Positions 1-8,085 of a stretch of 32,000 nucleotides of DNA are shown in pieces. The notes beneath the pieces were generated by a model. It did no database searches. It had not been told where the DNA came from and saw nothing but the letters and a program-made list of their open reading frames with translations. Every line of letters begins with the position of its first letter. The stretch's first letter is position 1. The DNA comes from Aquifex aeolicus VF5 (GTDB lineage Bacteria > Aquificota > Aquificia > Aquificales > Aquificaceae), in assembly GCF_000008625.1 (NCBI RefSeq), contig NC_000918.1, positions 600,001 through 632,000 of the forward strand. Direction: 5' to 3'. Position numbers and translations under genes: made by a program.

Positions 1-338
1 AGGATAAGCGTAGCGGTCATTAAGTCCAGAAGGGCGTAAAAGCGTCTGTATCCAGGCTCGTCCCTCATGTAGTTTTCCGCGTACTTGTGTATCACAGAAC
101 TGACGAGGAGTATGTAAGTAGAGAGGAGCAGCCCCAGTCTGTCTGGAAAGAGCTCTAAAACTCCGAAGAGAGAAAAGTGACCAAATGATCCAGTAAGCAG
201 GAGAATTAAAGAAATGAGGAAGTTTGTGAGTGTAAAAGAAGTACTCAGCCGCGCTCCCAGAACTCTATTCTCAAGCCTATAGACAAGAAAAGCGGAAACC
301 AGTTGCAGGAGTATAGGGAGGATGATCATGTATTGCAT
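1..338 (-). CDS. NuoL/ND5/MrpA-family proton-translocating membrane subunit, N-terminal part only (gene continues past the left edge)
   Basis: Hand translation of the minus strand from ATG 338-336 gives MQYMIILPILLQLVSAFLVYRLENRVLGARLSTSFTLTNFLISLILLLTGSFGHFSLFGVLELFPDRLGLLLSTYILLVSSVIHKYAENYMRDEPGYRRFYALLDLMTATLIL, with no stop before the edge. It has hydrophobic helices plus the D-x-L...Y-x-x-x-Y-M-x-x-D-x-x-x-x-R-F block typical of the N-terminal domain of NADH dehydrogenase chain L / Mrp subunit A. It is missing from the ORF track because it is truncated. Confidence 0.65.
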   Translation of the reverse strand, partial: MQYMIILPILLQLVSAFLVYRLENRVLGARLSTSFTLTNFLISLILLLTGSFGHFSLFGVLELFPDRLGLLLSTYILLVSSVIHKYAENYMRDEPGYRRFYALLDLMTATLI

Positions 339-392
339 GGAAGGGTATTATAAGGGGAAAGGGAGAAAAAGGAAAGATGTTTTTTATCAGTT

Positions 393-596
393 TTAGATGA
401 GTTGTTGTTGTTTTTTGAGGGCTTTTAATATCTTCTTTCTCCTGTTCCTCTCCCTTTTCTTCTTCCTTTCACTCGGTGGCTCGTAGTACTCTCTCCTCTT
501 TAACTCGGTCAAAATTTGTTCCTGCTCAACTCTTGCCTTGAACCTCTTTAAAACCTTCTCTATAGGTTCTCCTTCCTGAACAATTACCGTAACCAA
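393..596 (-). CDS. rpsU: 30S ribosomal protein S21
   Basis: 67 aa. MVTVIVQEGEPIEKVLKRFKARVEQEQILTELKRREYYEPPSERKKKRE matches the bacterial S21 pattern (M-x-x-V-x-V...E-x-x-x-x-A/V-L-K/R-R-F-K...RRREFYEKP..ERK), followed by a basic tail. TTG start at 596, with GGAGGTGA 7 nt upstream. Confidence 0.93.
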   Translation of the reverse strand: MVTVIVQEGEPIEKVLKRFKARVEQEQILTELKRREYYEPPSERKKKRERNRRKKILKALKKQQQLI

Positions 597-626
597 GCTT
601 GCATCACCTCCTTTATCGGATTCGTA

Positions 627-635
627 ATTATACCA
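627..635 (-). promoter_or_regulatory. Extended -10 promoter element (TGgTATAAT) for rpsU
   Basis: The minus strand reads TTTGGTATAATTACG, an exact TGnTATAAT match. It lies about 30 nt upstream of the rpsU TTG start and about 15 nt upstream of its SD. The -35 is weak (CTCTAA at 17 nt), which fits an extended -10 promoter. Confidence 0.45.
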
Positions 636-655
636 AATTAAAATCTATTTTAGAG

Positions 656-946
656 ATGTTCAAGTACATAATCTTAATAACATTTTTAATGGTTTTCAAC
701 CTGGTCTATTCAATCTACTCCCTGAGGGTGTGGAAGGAGTACACTGAAAGTTTCTACTTCTACTCACACCTCGTAAAGGAAAACATGTTGCTTATGAAGG
801 AAGTTCACGAGAGGATTAATTACAGAAAACTCCTGAAGTACGCAAGAAAGCACGGCTTTAAGGATGTAAGTCCGAAAGACGTCAAAGGAATTTTAGAGAT
901 ATATCTAACCAGCGAGAAGAGTGAACAATCGCGCCAGAAGAAATGA
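656..946 (+). CDS. Small single-pass membrane protein, FtsL/FtsB-like (putative cell-division protein)
   Basis: Taken from the internal ATG at 656 of the 599..946 ORF: MFKYIILITFLMVFNLVYSIYSL (TM helix), then a helical stretch and YRKLLKYARKHGFKDVSPKDV. That last block resembles the C-terminal I-x-x-x-A-R-x-x-L-G-x-x-x-P motif of FtsL/FtsB/DivIC proteins. The last 65 nt overlap the convergent nadC 3' end. Weak call based on pattern only. Confidence 0.4.
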   Translation: MFKYIILITFLMVFNLVYSIYSLRVWKEYTESFYFYSHLVKENMLLMKEVHERINYRKLLKYARKHGFKDVSPKDVKGILEIYLTSEKSEQSRQKK

Positions 947-1706
947 AGTCCACACCTTCAACCGCGTAATCCAGAACGTTATCAAGGGTTATGTTTCCCG
1001 AGACCTCTACCAGCGCCCTTCCCTTTATAATTTCCACAGCTCTTTTTACTTCTTCCGGTGTGAAGTTGTCGAGCATAATCACGTCAACACCTGCACTCAG
1101 TGCTTCTTCTACCTCTTCCAAGTTTTCAACTTCCACCTCAATTTTGTAAACAGGGGAAATCCTTTCCCTTACCCTCTTTACAGCCTCCTTTATGCTTCCG
1201 GCCACCCTCTTGTGGTTGTCTTTGATGAGAACCATGTCGTAGAGTCCAAACCTGTGGTTCGTCCCGCCTCCTATCCGCACTGCGTACTTTTCAAAGTAAC
1301 GAAAACCCGGCGTTGTCTTCCGAGTGTCTAAAATTTTCACGTTAGTCCCTTTAAGTTTTTCTACAAACTTTCTCGCCGTTGTGGCGATTCCGGAAAGTCT
1401 CTGAAGGATATTCAGGGAAAGTCTCTCACCGATGAGGAGGCTCTTTGCATCTCCCTCAAGAATTGCAAGTATTTCTCCTTTTTCGAAAACCTCGCCTTCC
1501 CTTTTTTTGAACTCAACACTTACTCCGCCGAGAATTTCAAAAACCATCTCAACGAAGGGAGCACCTGCAAGTACGCCTTCTTCCTTTGTCTTTATTACCG
1601 CCTTTGCTTTTTCACCTCTGTAAATTCCTTCTGTAGTTATGTCGCCTGTTCCTATGTCTTCGAGTAAAAACTCTTTTAGTTTTTCCTTTACGAGGATTTC
1701 GTTCAT
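882..1706 (-). CDS. nadC: Nicotinate-nucleotide pyrophosphorylase (quinolinate phosphoribosyltransferase)
   Basis: 274 aa. N-terminal LLEDIGTGDITT, central TRKTTPGFR, NHRFGLYDMVLIKDNH and MLDN motifs, and a C-terminal SSGAIVHS...LDISL, all typical of NadC. Confidence 0.92.
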   Translation of the reverse strand: MNEILVKEKLKEFLLEDIGTGDITTEGIYRGEKAKAVIKTKEEGVLAGAPFVEMVFEILGGVSVEFKKREGEVFEKGEILAILEGDAKSLLIGERLSLNILQRLSGIATTARKFVEKLKGTNVKILDTRKTTPGFRYFEKYAVRIGGGTNHRFGLYDMVLIKDNHKRVAGSIKEAVKRVRERISPVYKIEVEVENLEEVEEALSAGVDVIMLDNFTPEEVKRAVEIIKGRALVEVSGNITLDNVLDYAVEGVDFISSGAIVHSSRWLDISLKFL

Positions 1707-1713
1707 GGTTGGG

Positions 1714-1801
1714 TGGTGGGGGTGGAGGGAGTCGAACCCTCACGGGCTTTTCGCCCAGGGGATTTTAAGTCCCCCGCGTCTGCCAATTCCGCCACACCCC
1801 C
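1714..1801 (-). tRNA. tRNA-Leu (anticodon UAA), class II with long variable arm, CCA encoded
   Basis: The reverse complement is GGGGGTGTGGCGGAATTGGCAGACGCGGGGGACTTAAAATCCCCTGGGCGAAAAGCCCGTGAGGGTTCGACTCCCTCCACCCCCACCA. Acceptor stem GGGGGTG/CACCCCC. Anticodon stem GGGGA/TCCCC with loop CTTAAAA. Variable arm GGGC-GAAAA-GCCC. T arm GAGGG-TTCGACT-CCCTC. 3' ACCA. Confidence 0.93.
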
Positions 1802-1816
1802 TAACTAAAGAAATAT

Positions 1817-1845
1817 ATTATACTTATAGAAAGAACTTTTCTCAA
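1817..1845 (-). promoter_or_regulatory. Near-consensus sigma70-type promoter (TTGAGA-17 nt-TATAAT) driving tRNA-Leu (and probably nadC)
   Basis: The minus strand reads TTGAGA aaagttctttctataag TATAAT, with 15 nt between the -10 and the mature tRNA 5' end. The predicted leader is about 8-9 nt. Confidence 0.5.
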
Positions 1846-1851
1846 GAAATC

Positions 1852-3198
1852 ATGAGAGAACCCATCGTAGCTATAGCCACTCCTTACGGTGAGAGTGCAA
1901 TAGGTATAGTTCGCCTATCGGGAAAGGGCGTACTGGACTTAGTTAAGAAGTTCTTCAAAACGAAGAGGGAAATAAAGCCGAGGTACGCCCACTTCGGCGT
2001 TCTCTACGACGATAAAGGCGAAGAACTCGACGAAGGAGTCCTTATATACTACAAAGCTCCTCACTCCTATACGGGCGAGGATATGGTAGAACTCAACCTC
2101 CACGGAAATCCGAGGATTCTCAAAAGAGCTCTGGAACTTTTTGTAAACGCCGGAGCACGGCTCGCAGAACCCGGAGAGTTTACCAAGAGAGCCTTTTTAA
2201 ACGGAAAACTGGATTTAACTCAGGCGGAAGCCGTTGCGGAGTTAATATCCGCAAAAACGGAACTTGCGAGGAAGGTAGCCCTGAAACAACTTCACGGAGA
2301 GCTTTCAAAACACATAAGACCTTTGAGAGAAACGCTTCTGGAACTCCTCGCCTACGTAGAGGCTGACATAGAGTTCGCGGAGGAAGACATACCGACCCTA
2401 ACAAAGGAACAGGTAATCCAGATGGTGGACAAAGTAATAGAGGGAATAAACGAACTCCTGAAAACCGCAAAAACCGGAAAGTTCATAAGGGAAGGTGTAA
2501 AATTAGCTATCGTTGGAAGACCCAACGTAGGAAAGTCCTCCCTCTTTAACGCACTCCTCAAAGAGGAGAGGGCTATAGTCACGGACATAGCTGGAACCAC
2601 GAGGGACTTTATAGAGGAAACTCTCCAGATAAAGGGAGTGCCCGTAAGACTCGTAGACACCGCGGGAATAAGGGAAACTAAAGACCTGGTTGAGAGAATA
2701 GGAGTAGAAAGGAGCAAACAAAAGGTTAAGGAAGCGGATCTTATTCTCTTCGTAATAGACGCAAGTCAGGAAATTACCGAGGAGGATTTAAGGATATACG
2801 AGGAGATAAAGGAAAAGGATCACATCGTAGTGGCTAACAAGGTGGACTTAGGGATTAGGGCAAATCTCGAAAAGTTTAAAGGAGAAAAAATTGTAAAGGT
2901 GAGTGCTTTAAAGGGAACTGGACTGGAGGAGCTTTCCGAGGAAATTCTGAAAAAAGTCGGTGCAAATCTCGAAGAAAGTGTTAATATATACATATCCGTT
3001 AGACACGAAACTCTTCTCAAAAAGGCAAAAGAAGTTTTAGAAAGGTTTAAGGAGGAGTTCAGGGAAAAAGATATAAGTCCTGAAATCGCCATGCTTGACC
3101 TGAGGGAAGCTTCGGACTACTTGGGAGAAATTTTGGGAGAGATTACCACGGAGGATCTTTTAGGAAAAATCTTTTCCACCTTCTGCATAGGAAAGTAA
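1852..3198 (+). CDS. mnmE: tRNA modification GTPase MnmE (TrmE/ThdF)
   Basis: Uses the internal ATG at 1852 (MREPIVAIATPYGESAIGIVRLSG...), giving 448 aa. G1 motif GRPNVGKSS, DTAGIRET, NKVD and the C-terminal FCIGK motif are present. The upstream 71 codons of the 519-aa ORF read antisense through tRNA-Leu and are rejected. Confidence 0.93.
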   Translation: MREPIVAIATPYGESAIGIVRLSGKGVLDLVKKFFKTKREIKPRYAHFGVLYDDKGEELDEGVLIYYKAPHSYTGEDMVELNLHGNPRILKRALELFVNAGARLAEPGEFTKRAFLNGKLDLTQAEAVAELISAKTELARKVALKQLHGELSKHIRPLRETLLELLAYVEADIEFAEEDIPTLTKEQVIQMVDKVIEGINELLKTAKTGKFIREGVKLAIVGRPNVGKSSLFNALLKEERAIVTDIAGTTRDFIEETLQIKGVPVRLVDTAGIRETKDLVERIGVERSKQKVKEADLILFVIDASQEITEEDLRIYEEIKEKDHIVVANKVDLGIRANLEKFKGEKIVKVSALKGTGLEELSEEILKKVGANLEESVNIYISVRHETLLKKAKEVLERFKEEFREKDISPEIAMLDLREASDYLGEILGEITTEDLLGKIFSTFCIGK

Positions 3199-3213
3199 GA
3201 AGAGGAGGTTATC

Positions 3214-4524
3214 ATGACTCAGCAAACCGCTCAACAAGAACAACAAAAGAGTGAAGTAAAAATTTACAGCAGGGAAGAGTTAAAACAAAAGACCTTAGCG
3301 GAGCTCCAGAAAATCGGGAAGGAGCTCGGACTCACCAGAACCACGGGACTTAAAAAAGAGGAGTTAATAGAGAAAATACTAAAAGCTCAGCTCGAAAAGA
3401 GCAGACTCGTTTTCGTAAAAGGTGTCCTCGAAATTCTCCCCGAAGGCTACGGCTTCTTAAGGATGCCGGAGAACAACTACATGCCAAGCTGGAACGACGT
3501 TTACGTTGCCCCCTCCCAGATAAAGAAGTTCGGACTCAGAACGGGAGATACGATTGAGGGCTTTGCGAGACTGCCCAGAGAAAACGAAAAGTACAAGGCG
3601 TTGATCAGAATGGAATCCGTGAACGGACTTCCGCCTGACCCCGAAATACTCAAGAGAAGACCCCAGTTTGAAAAGCTCACACCCCTTCACCCCATGGAAA
3701 GGTTCAAACTCGAGTACGACCCGAATGAGCTCTCCACCCGTGTGGTCAGCCTGATAGCACCTATAGGTAAGGGACAGAGAGGATTAATAGTAGCACCTCC
3801 GAAGGCCGGAAAAACGGTTCTCCTCCAGAAAATAGCCCAAGCTATTATAAGAAACCACCCAGAAGTTTACCTCATAATTCTCCTGATAGACGAAAGACCC
3901 GAAGAAGTCACTGAAATGAGAAGGATAGTGAAGGACAAGGCTGAAGTAGTAGCATCTACTTTTGACGAACCACCCGAAAGGCACATGCAGGTTGCGGAAA
4001 TAGTCGTGGAAAAGGCAAAGAGAATGGTAGAACTCAAGAAAGACGTAGTAATACTTATGGACTCCTTGACAAGGTTTACGAGAGCTTCTAACGCGGTGAC
4101 TCCTCCTACGGGCAGAGTTCTCACGGGTGGTATAGAAATCACAGCCTTCCAGAGACCTAAAAAGTTCTTTGGTGCTGCGCGGAACATAGAAGAGGGAGGA
4201 AGCCTCACCATAATCGCAACCGCTCTCGTAGAGACAGGTTCAAAGATGGACGATGTAATCTACGAAGAGTTCAAAGGAACGGGTAATATGGAAATACACC
4301 TCGACAGAAGACTAATGGAAAGGAGGATATTCCCCGCCATAAACATAGAAAAGTCAGGAACCAGAAAGGAAGAACTCCTTTTAGAGCCCTGGGAACTCCA
4401 GAGGATTTGGGTTCTCAGGAAGTTCCTGTCAACAATGGACCCTGTGGAGGCTATGGAATTCCTCCTTGAAAAACTGAGAAGGTTCAAAACGAACGAGGAG
4501 TTCCTTAAAGCCATGAACGCTTGA
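3214..4524 (+). CDS. rho: Transcription termination factor Rho
   Basis: 436 aa. N-terminal L-x-E-L..IGKELGL, an RNA-binding region ([14 protein letters not shown]), Walker A APPKAGKT, and [17 protein letters not shown] lies 4 nt upstream. Confidence 0.95.
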   Translation: MTQQTAQQEQQKSEVKIYSREELKQKTLAELQKIGKELGLTRTTGLKKEELIEKILKAQLEKSRLVFVKGVLEILPEGYGFLRMPENNYMPSWNDVYVAPSQIKKFGLRTGDTIEGFARLPRENEKYKALIRMESVNGLPPDPEILKRRPQFEKLTPLHPMERFKLEYDPNELSTRVVSLIAPIGKGQRGLIVAPPKAGKTVLLQKIAQAIIRNHPEVYLIILLIDERPEEVTEMRRIVKDKAEVVASTFDEPPERHMQVAEIVVEKAKRMVELKKDVVILMDSLTRFTRASNAVTPPTGRVLTGGIEITAFQRPKKFFGAARNIEEGGSLTIIATALVETGSKMDDVIYEEFKGTGNMEIHLDRRLMERRIFPAINIEKSGTRKEELLLEPWELQRIWVLRKFLSTMDPVEAMEFLLEKLRRFKTNEEFLKAMNA

Positions 4525-4574
4525 AAGCGAAGAACTTTTATAATAACTTTTTTATCTTGCGAGGAGGTAGGTAA

Positions 4575-4781
4575 ATGAAGAAGGGTATTCACCCCGAACT
4601 AAAACCCACAACTTTCGTATGCGGTTGCGGAAACACCTTTACGCTTCTCTCCACAAAAGGAGGAACTGTTTACTTAGAAGTTTGCAACCAGTGTCACCCC
4701 TTTTACGCGGGCAAACTGAAGATAAAGCCCGCTTACTACGAAATGCTTGCGGAATTTGAAGGAGGTAAGAAAGAAGAGTAA
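4575..4781 (+). CDS. rpmE: 50S ribosomal protein L31 (Zn-ribbon type)
   Basis: 68 aa. MKKGIHPE start, CGCG...CNQCHPFY cysteine pairs. SD GGAGGT lies 6 nt upstream. Confidence 0.93.
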   Translation: MKKGIHPELKPTTFVCGCGNTFTLLSTKGGTVYLEVCNQCHPFYAGKLKIKPAYYEMLAEFEGGKKEE

Positions 4782-4784
4782 AAA

Positions 4785-5873
4785 ATGCTGAAGGAAGCCT
4801 ACATATCCAGACTTGACAAACTCCAGGAAAAGTACAGGAAACTTCAGGAAGAACTCAGTAAACCCGAAGTAATACAGGACGTAGAAAAGTACAAGAAACT
4901 CAGTAAAGAGCTTAAAGAACTCCAGGAGATAAACGAGCTATACGAAAGATACAAAAAAGCCCAGAAGGAATTAAAGGAAGCAAAGGAGCTTTTGAAGAGT
5001 TCGGACAAGGACTTAAGGGAACTCGCGGAAGAAGAGGTAAACAGACTTACTGAAGAGATGAAGAAACTTGAAGAAGAGTTAAAGGTTCACCTGGTTCCAA
5101 AGGATCCAAACGATACTAAAAACGTTATCCTTGAAATAAGGGCGGGAGCGGGTGGTGAGGAGGCTGCCCTCTTTGCCGCGGACCTCTTCAGGATGTACCA
5201 GAAGTACGCAGAAGAAAAGGGCTGGAAGGTAAGTATACTCTCTTCAAACAAAACGGGACTCGGCGGATACAAGGAAGTAATAGCCCTTATAGAAGGTGAA
5301 GGTGCTTATTCGAGGCTAAAGTACGAAAGCGGTGTCCACAGGGTTCAAAGAGTACCTGTCACCGAAAGTAGCGGAAGGATTCACACCTCAACCGCCACCG
5401 TGGCGGTTCTTCCCGAAGTTGACGAAACGGACATAAAGATTAAGCCAGAGGAACTGAAAATAGAAACCTTCAGGGCTTCGGGAGCGGGCGGACAGTACGT
5501 GAACACCACCGAAACAGCTGTAAGGATTACACACATACCTACGGGTATAGTGGTTCAGTGCCAGGATGAAAGGTCTCAATTCCAGAACAAACAAAAAGCT
5601 CTTAAAATCCTGTACGCGAAACTAAAGGACTACTACGAAAGAAAGAAGCAGGAAGAAATAGCGAAGGAAAGAAAGGAACAGGTCGGAACTGGAGAGAGGA
5701 GTGAAAAGATAAGAACTTACAACTTCCCTCAAAATAGGGTTACCGATCACAGGATAAACCTAACCCTTTACAAGCTTCAGGATGTTCTGGAAGGAAAACT
5801 GGACGAAATAATAGACGCCTTGAGGGCGAAGGAAATAGAAAAGAAACTGGAACTAGTAGAAAAGGAAGGTTAA
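4785..5873 (+). CDS. prfA: Peptide chain release factor 1
   Basis: 362 aa. RF1-type PVT tripeptide region ([14 protein letters not shown]) and the GGQ motif ([23 protein letters not shown]). Confidence 0.95.
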   Translation: MLKEAYISRLDKLQEKYRKLQEELSKPEVIQDVEKYKKLSKELKELQEINELYERYKKAQKELKEAKELLKSSDKDLRELAEEEVNRLTEEMKKLEEELKVHLVPKDPNDTKNVILEIRAGAGGEEAALFAADLFRMYQKYAEEKGWKVSILSSNKTGLGGYKEVIALIEGEGAYSRLKYESGVHRVQRVPVTESSGRIHTSTATVAVLPEVDETDIKIKPEELKIETFRASGAGGQYVNTTETAVRITHIPTGIVVQCQDERSQFQNKQKALKILYAKLKDYYERKKQEEIAKERKEQVGTGERSEKIRTYNFPQNRVTDHRINLTLYKLQDVLEGKLDEIIDALRAKEIEKKLELVEKEG

Positions 5874-6106
5874 TCCTTTATAGGGATACTTATCCAGAGT
5901 TGTTCCTTGTCTACATCCTCCCTTTTGAGGTTAACTTCTATGTTGCTGGCGTCAAAGTAGGGGTACTTTCCAAACACGCTAACCAAGTCTCTTTTTATCT
6001 CCTCTACTATACTCGGCGGAAGTCCGCTTCTTTCGTAAGATAAAACTAATTGCAGACGTTTCTTAGCCACGTCTTTACTTTTTCTCGATTTAAATAATCC
6101 GAACAA
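5870..6106 (-). CDS. minE: Cell division topological specificity factor MinE
   Basis: 78 aa, directly downstream of minD. N-terminal [18 protein letters not shown] pattern. TTG start, with AGGAGGGT 6 nt upstream (inside the last minD codons). Confidence 0.85.
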   Translation of the reverse strand: MFGLFKSRKSKDVAKKRLQLVLSYERSGLPPSIVEEIKRDLVSVFGKYPYFDASNIEVNLKREDVDKEQLWISIPIKD

Positions 6107-6110
6107 TTTC

Positions 6111-6899
6111 TTACCCTCCTAGTAACCGGCTCAAAAGCCCTTTCTTTTCTCCGTAGCGCTTCAGGGGAATGCTTTCACCCATTAACCTGCGGGCTGTGTC
6201 TATTATGGCTTGAGATGCGGGAAACTTTTCATCAAGTACTATAGGCTCACCCCTATTAGTAAAGTCCACGAGTTTCGGTTCTTCGGGAATTATACCGATA
6301 ATTTCGGCTTTAAGTATATCTACTATATCCTCAACTGATAGCATAGCCCCCCTTTTCACCATTTCCCACTTTATCCTGTTTACGATAACTTTGTAATTTC
6401 TCTTGTCCATGCTCTCCAGAAGCCCTATTACCCTGTCCGCGTCCCTTATAGAGGAAACCTCTGGATTAACAACTATTAGAGCTTTGTCCGCAGGGGATAC
6501 CGCTATCTGAAAACCTTTTTCTATACCAGCAGGAGAATCTACGAGGATGTAATCGTAATTTCCTGAATTTTTAATCTCTTCTACAGTTTTGTTCCACTTT
6601 TCAATGTCTATTACGTCCTTATTTGCCCTCTGGTTTGCGGGAAGTAGCCATAGGGAAAGTCCCCTTTTGTCCTTCACGAGTGCTTTTTCATAAGGCACCC
6701 TTCCTTCAAGCACGTCAAGAATGTCGTATACTATCCTGTTTTCAAGACCTAGAATCATATCCAGGTTTCTCAACCCGATGTCTGCGTCGATTAAGAGGAC
6801 TTTTTTACCAAGCTTTGCGAGTGCGGTACCTATGTTTGCGGTAAGTGTAGTTTTTCCTACGCCTCCCTTTCCGGAGGTTATAACAATAACTTCAGCCAT
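6111..6899 (-). CDS. minD: Septum site-determining ATPase MinD
   Basis: 262 aa. Deviant Walker A SGKGGVGKTT, DADIGLRNLD, a ParA/MinD fold pattern and a C-terminal amphipathic tail. Confidence 0.95.
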   Translation of the reverse strand: MAEVIVITSGKGGVGKTTLTANIGTALAKLGKKVLLIDADIGLRNLDMILGLENRIVYDILDVLEGRVPYEKALVKDKRGLSLWLLPANQRANKDVIDIEKWNKTVEEIKNSGNYDYILVDSPAGIEKGFQIAVSPADKALIVVNPEVSSIRDADRVIGLLESMDKRNYKVIVNRIKWEMVKRGAMLSVEDIVDILKAEIIGIIPEEPKLVDFTNRGEPIVLDEKFPASQAIIDTARRLMGESIPLKRYGEKKGLLSRLLGG

Positions 6900-7483
6900 C
6901 TTTCCGCTCCTTCTATTGGTTCTAATACTATATCTTCGCCCTCTATTTTTGCAACTTCCGGGTATCCCGGTGAGTTTCTATCCGCCTCCGACATTATAGC
7001 CTTCTTTTTCCCTATCTGGAGGAGTTGAGGCTCCATCTTGAGAGCCACTATGACCGCCGAGTGATCTCCTATCAAACCGGCCTTTGCAACACCCCTCAGC
7101 TTTCCCATAACTATGATGTTCCCACCAGCGAGGACCTCGGCATCTTTGTTCACATCTCCGAGTATTAAAATGTCTCCTCTGTGTTCTATCCTCTGACCTG
7201 CCCTTAACGTTCTCTCTATTATGAGAAGTCTGCTTTCTTCCCTTTTCTCCTTTCCTTCTTTCTTACCTTCTATAAAACCGCGTGAGAACTCCTTCAGGAT
7301 TTCTTCTACTTTTTTTCTCTCTTCCGGCTTTAATACTTCCGGGTTTTCAAGGATTATCAAGCTTCCTTTGAATATATTGTGGGAGAGTTTTTCTTTCAAT
7401 TCTTTAAGTAATTTATCTATGTTTCCTTTTTCCTTTATCTTTATCTGGATTACGGGAAGTGTTTTTCCCTTTATCTCTATCAC
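6878..7483 (-). CDS. minC: Septum site-determining protein MinC
   Basis: 201 aa upstream of minD, overlapping it by 22 nt. N-terminal IEIKGKTLPVIQIKI resembles E. coli MinC IELKGSSFTL. The C-terminal repeat region (GDILILGDVNKDAEVLAGGNIIVMGKLRG) is typical of the MinC beta-helix. GTG start. Confidence 0.85.
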   Translation of the reverse strand: MIEIKGKTLPVIQIKIKEKGNIDKLLKELKEKLSHNIFKGSLIILENPEVLKPEERKKVEEILKEFSRGFIEGKKEGKEKREESRLLIIERTLRAGQRIEHRGDILILGDVNKDAEVLAGGNIIVMGKLRGVAKAGLIGDHSAVIVALKMEPQLLQIGKKKAIMSEADRNSPGYPEVAKIEGEDIVLEPIEGAERWLKLLL

Positions 7484-7506
7484 CTTAACTATTATTATAA
7501 GGAAGT

Positions 7507-8085
7507 ATGGATGTGTTCGTTCTCGACACGAGCGTTTTCACAAACCCGGAGATATACAGAACCTTTGAAGAGGATCAGAGAGGAGCTATGGAAACCTTTA
7601 TACACCTTGCCCTGAATTCCAGAGCTGAGTTTTACATGCCCACTTCCGTTTACACGGAAATGAGAAAAATAATGGATGTGGGGGAACTCTGGGCGGAATT
7701 TGAGATGGTGGTAAAGATACGCTCTCCCAGGAGGTTTCAATTAACTGTTCCCGCGGATTTTCTCTATGAGTTCATAGAAGAACTCAGATATAGGATTAAT
7801 AAAGGTTTGAGGATAGCGGAAGAACACACGAGGGAAGCGAGCGGTTGTGAAGACGTCGGGAAATTAATAGCTAGGCTCAGGGAGAAGTACAGGGAAGCCC
7901 TCAGGCAGGGAATACTCGACAGTAAAGAGGACGTGGATGTGCTGCTCCTTGCCTACGAACTGGACGGGGTTCTCGTTTCGGCGGATGAAGGCCTCAGAAC
8001 ATGGGCGGACAAGATAGGTATAAAACTCATAGACCCTAAGAATTTCAAAAACATTTTAGAGAGCTTGGTAAGACACAGGTTTTAA
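7507..8085 (+). CDS. PIN-like metallonuclease; HARP-type protein-only minimal RNase P (recognised as Aq_880-like)
   Basis: 192 aa. N-terminal [12 protein letters not shown] (beta1 plus catalytic Asp) and C-terminal [22 protein letters not shown] (PIN acidic residues). There is no antitoxin-sized partner ORF. From memory, the sequence matches the Aquifex aeolicus RNA-free RNase P protein. Confidence 0.8.

Noticed and set aside
599-655. TTG start at 599 for the small membrane ORF
   Set aside because: It would begin 2 nt from the divergent rpsU TTG start and run across the rpsU SD and promoter. The internal ATG at 656, directly preceding the TM helix, is more plausible.
1639-1851. N-terminal 71 codons of the 519-aa ORF (1639..3198), suggesting a longer MnmE
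   Set aside because: This stretch reads antisense through the tRNA-Leu gene (1714-1801) and the nadC start, and translates to low-complexity sequence (GWWGWRESNPHGLF...). MnmE homologs begin at MREPIVAIATP (ATG 1852).
4518-4529. Possible terminator hairpin after rho (CGCTT-GA-AAGCG)
   Set aside because: The stem is only 5 bp and the loop only 2 nt, which is sterically implausible. It also overlaps the rho stop codon, and rpmE follows with its own strong SD, so read-through is more likely.
7507-8085. PIN-domain protein as a VapC toxin of a toxin-antitoxin pair
   Set aside because: No small upstream antitoxin ORF: the upstream neighbour is the divergent minC, 23 bp away. At 192 aa it is about 60 aa longer than typical VapC proteins. 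The sequence is recognised as HARP-type RNase P instead.
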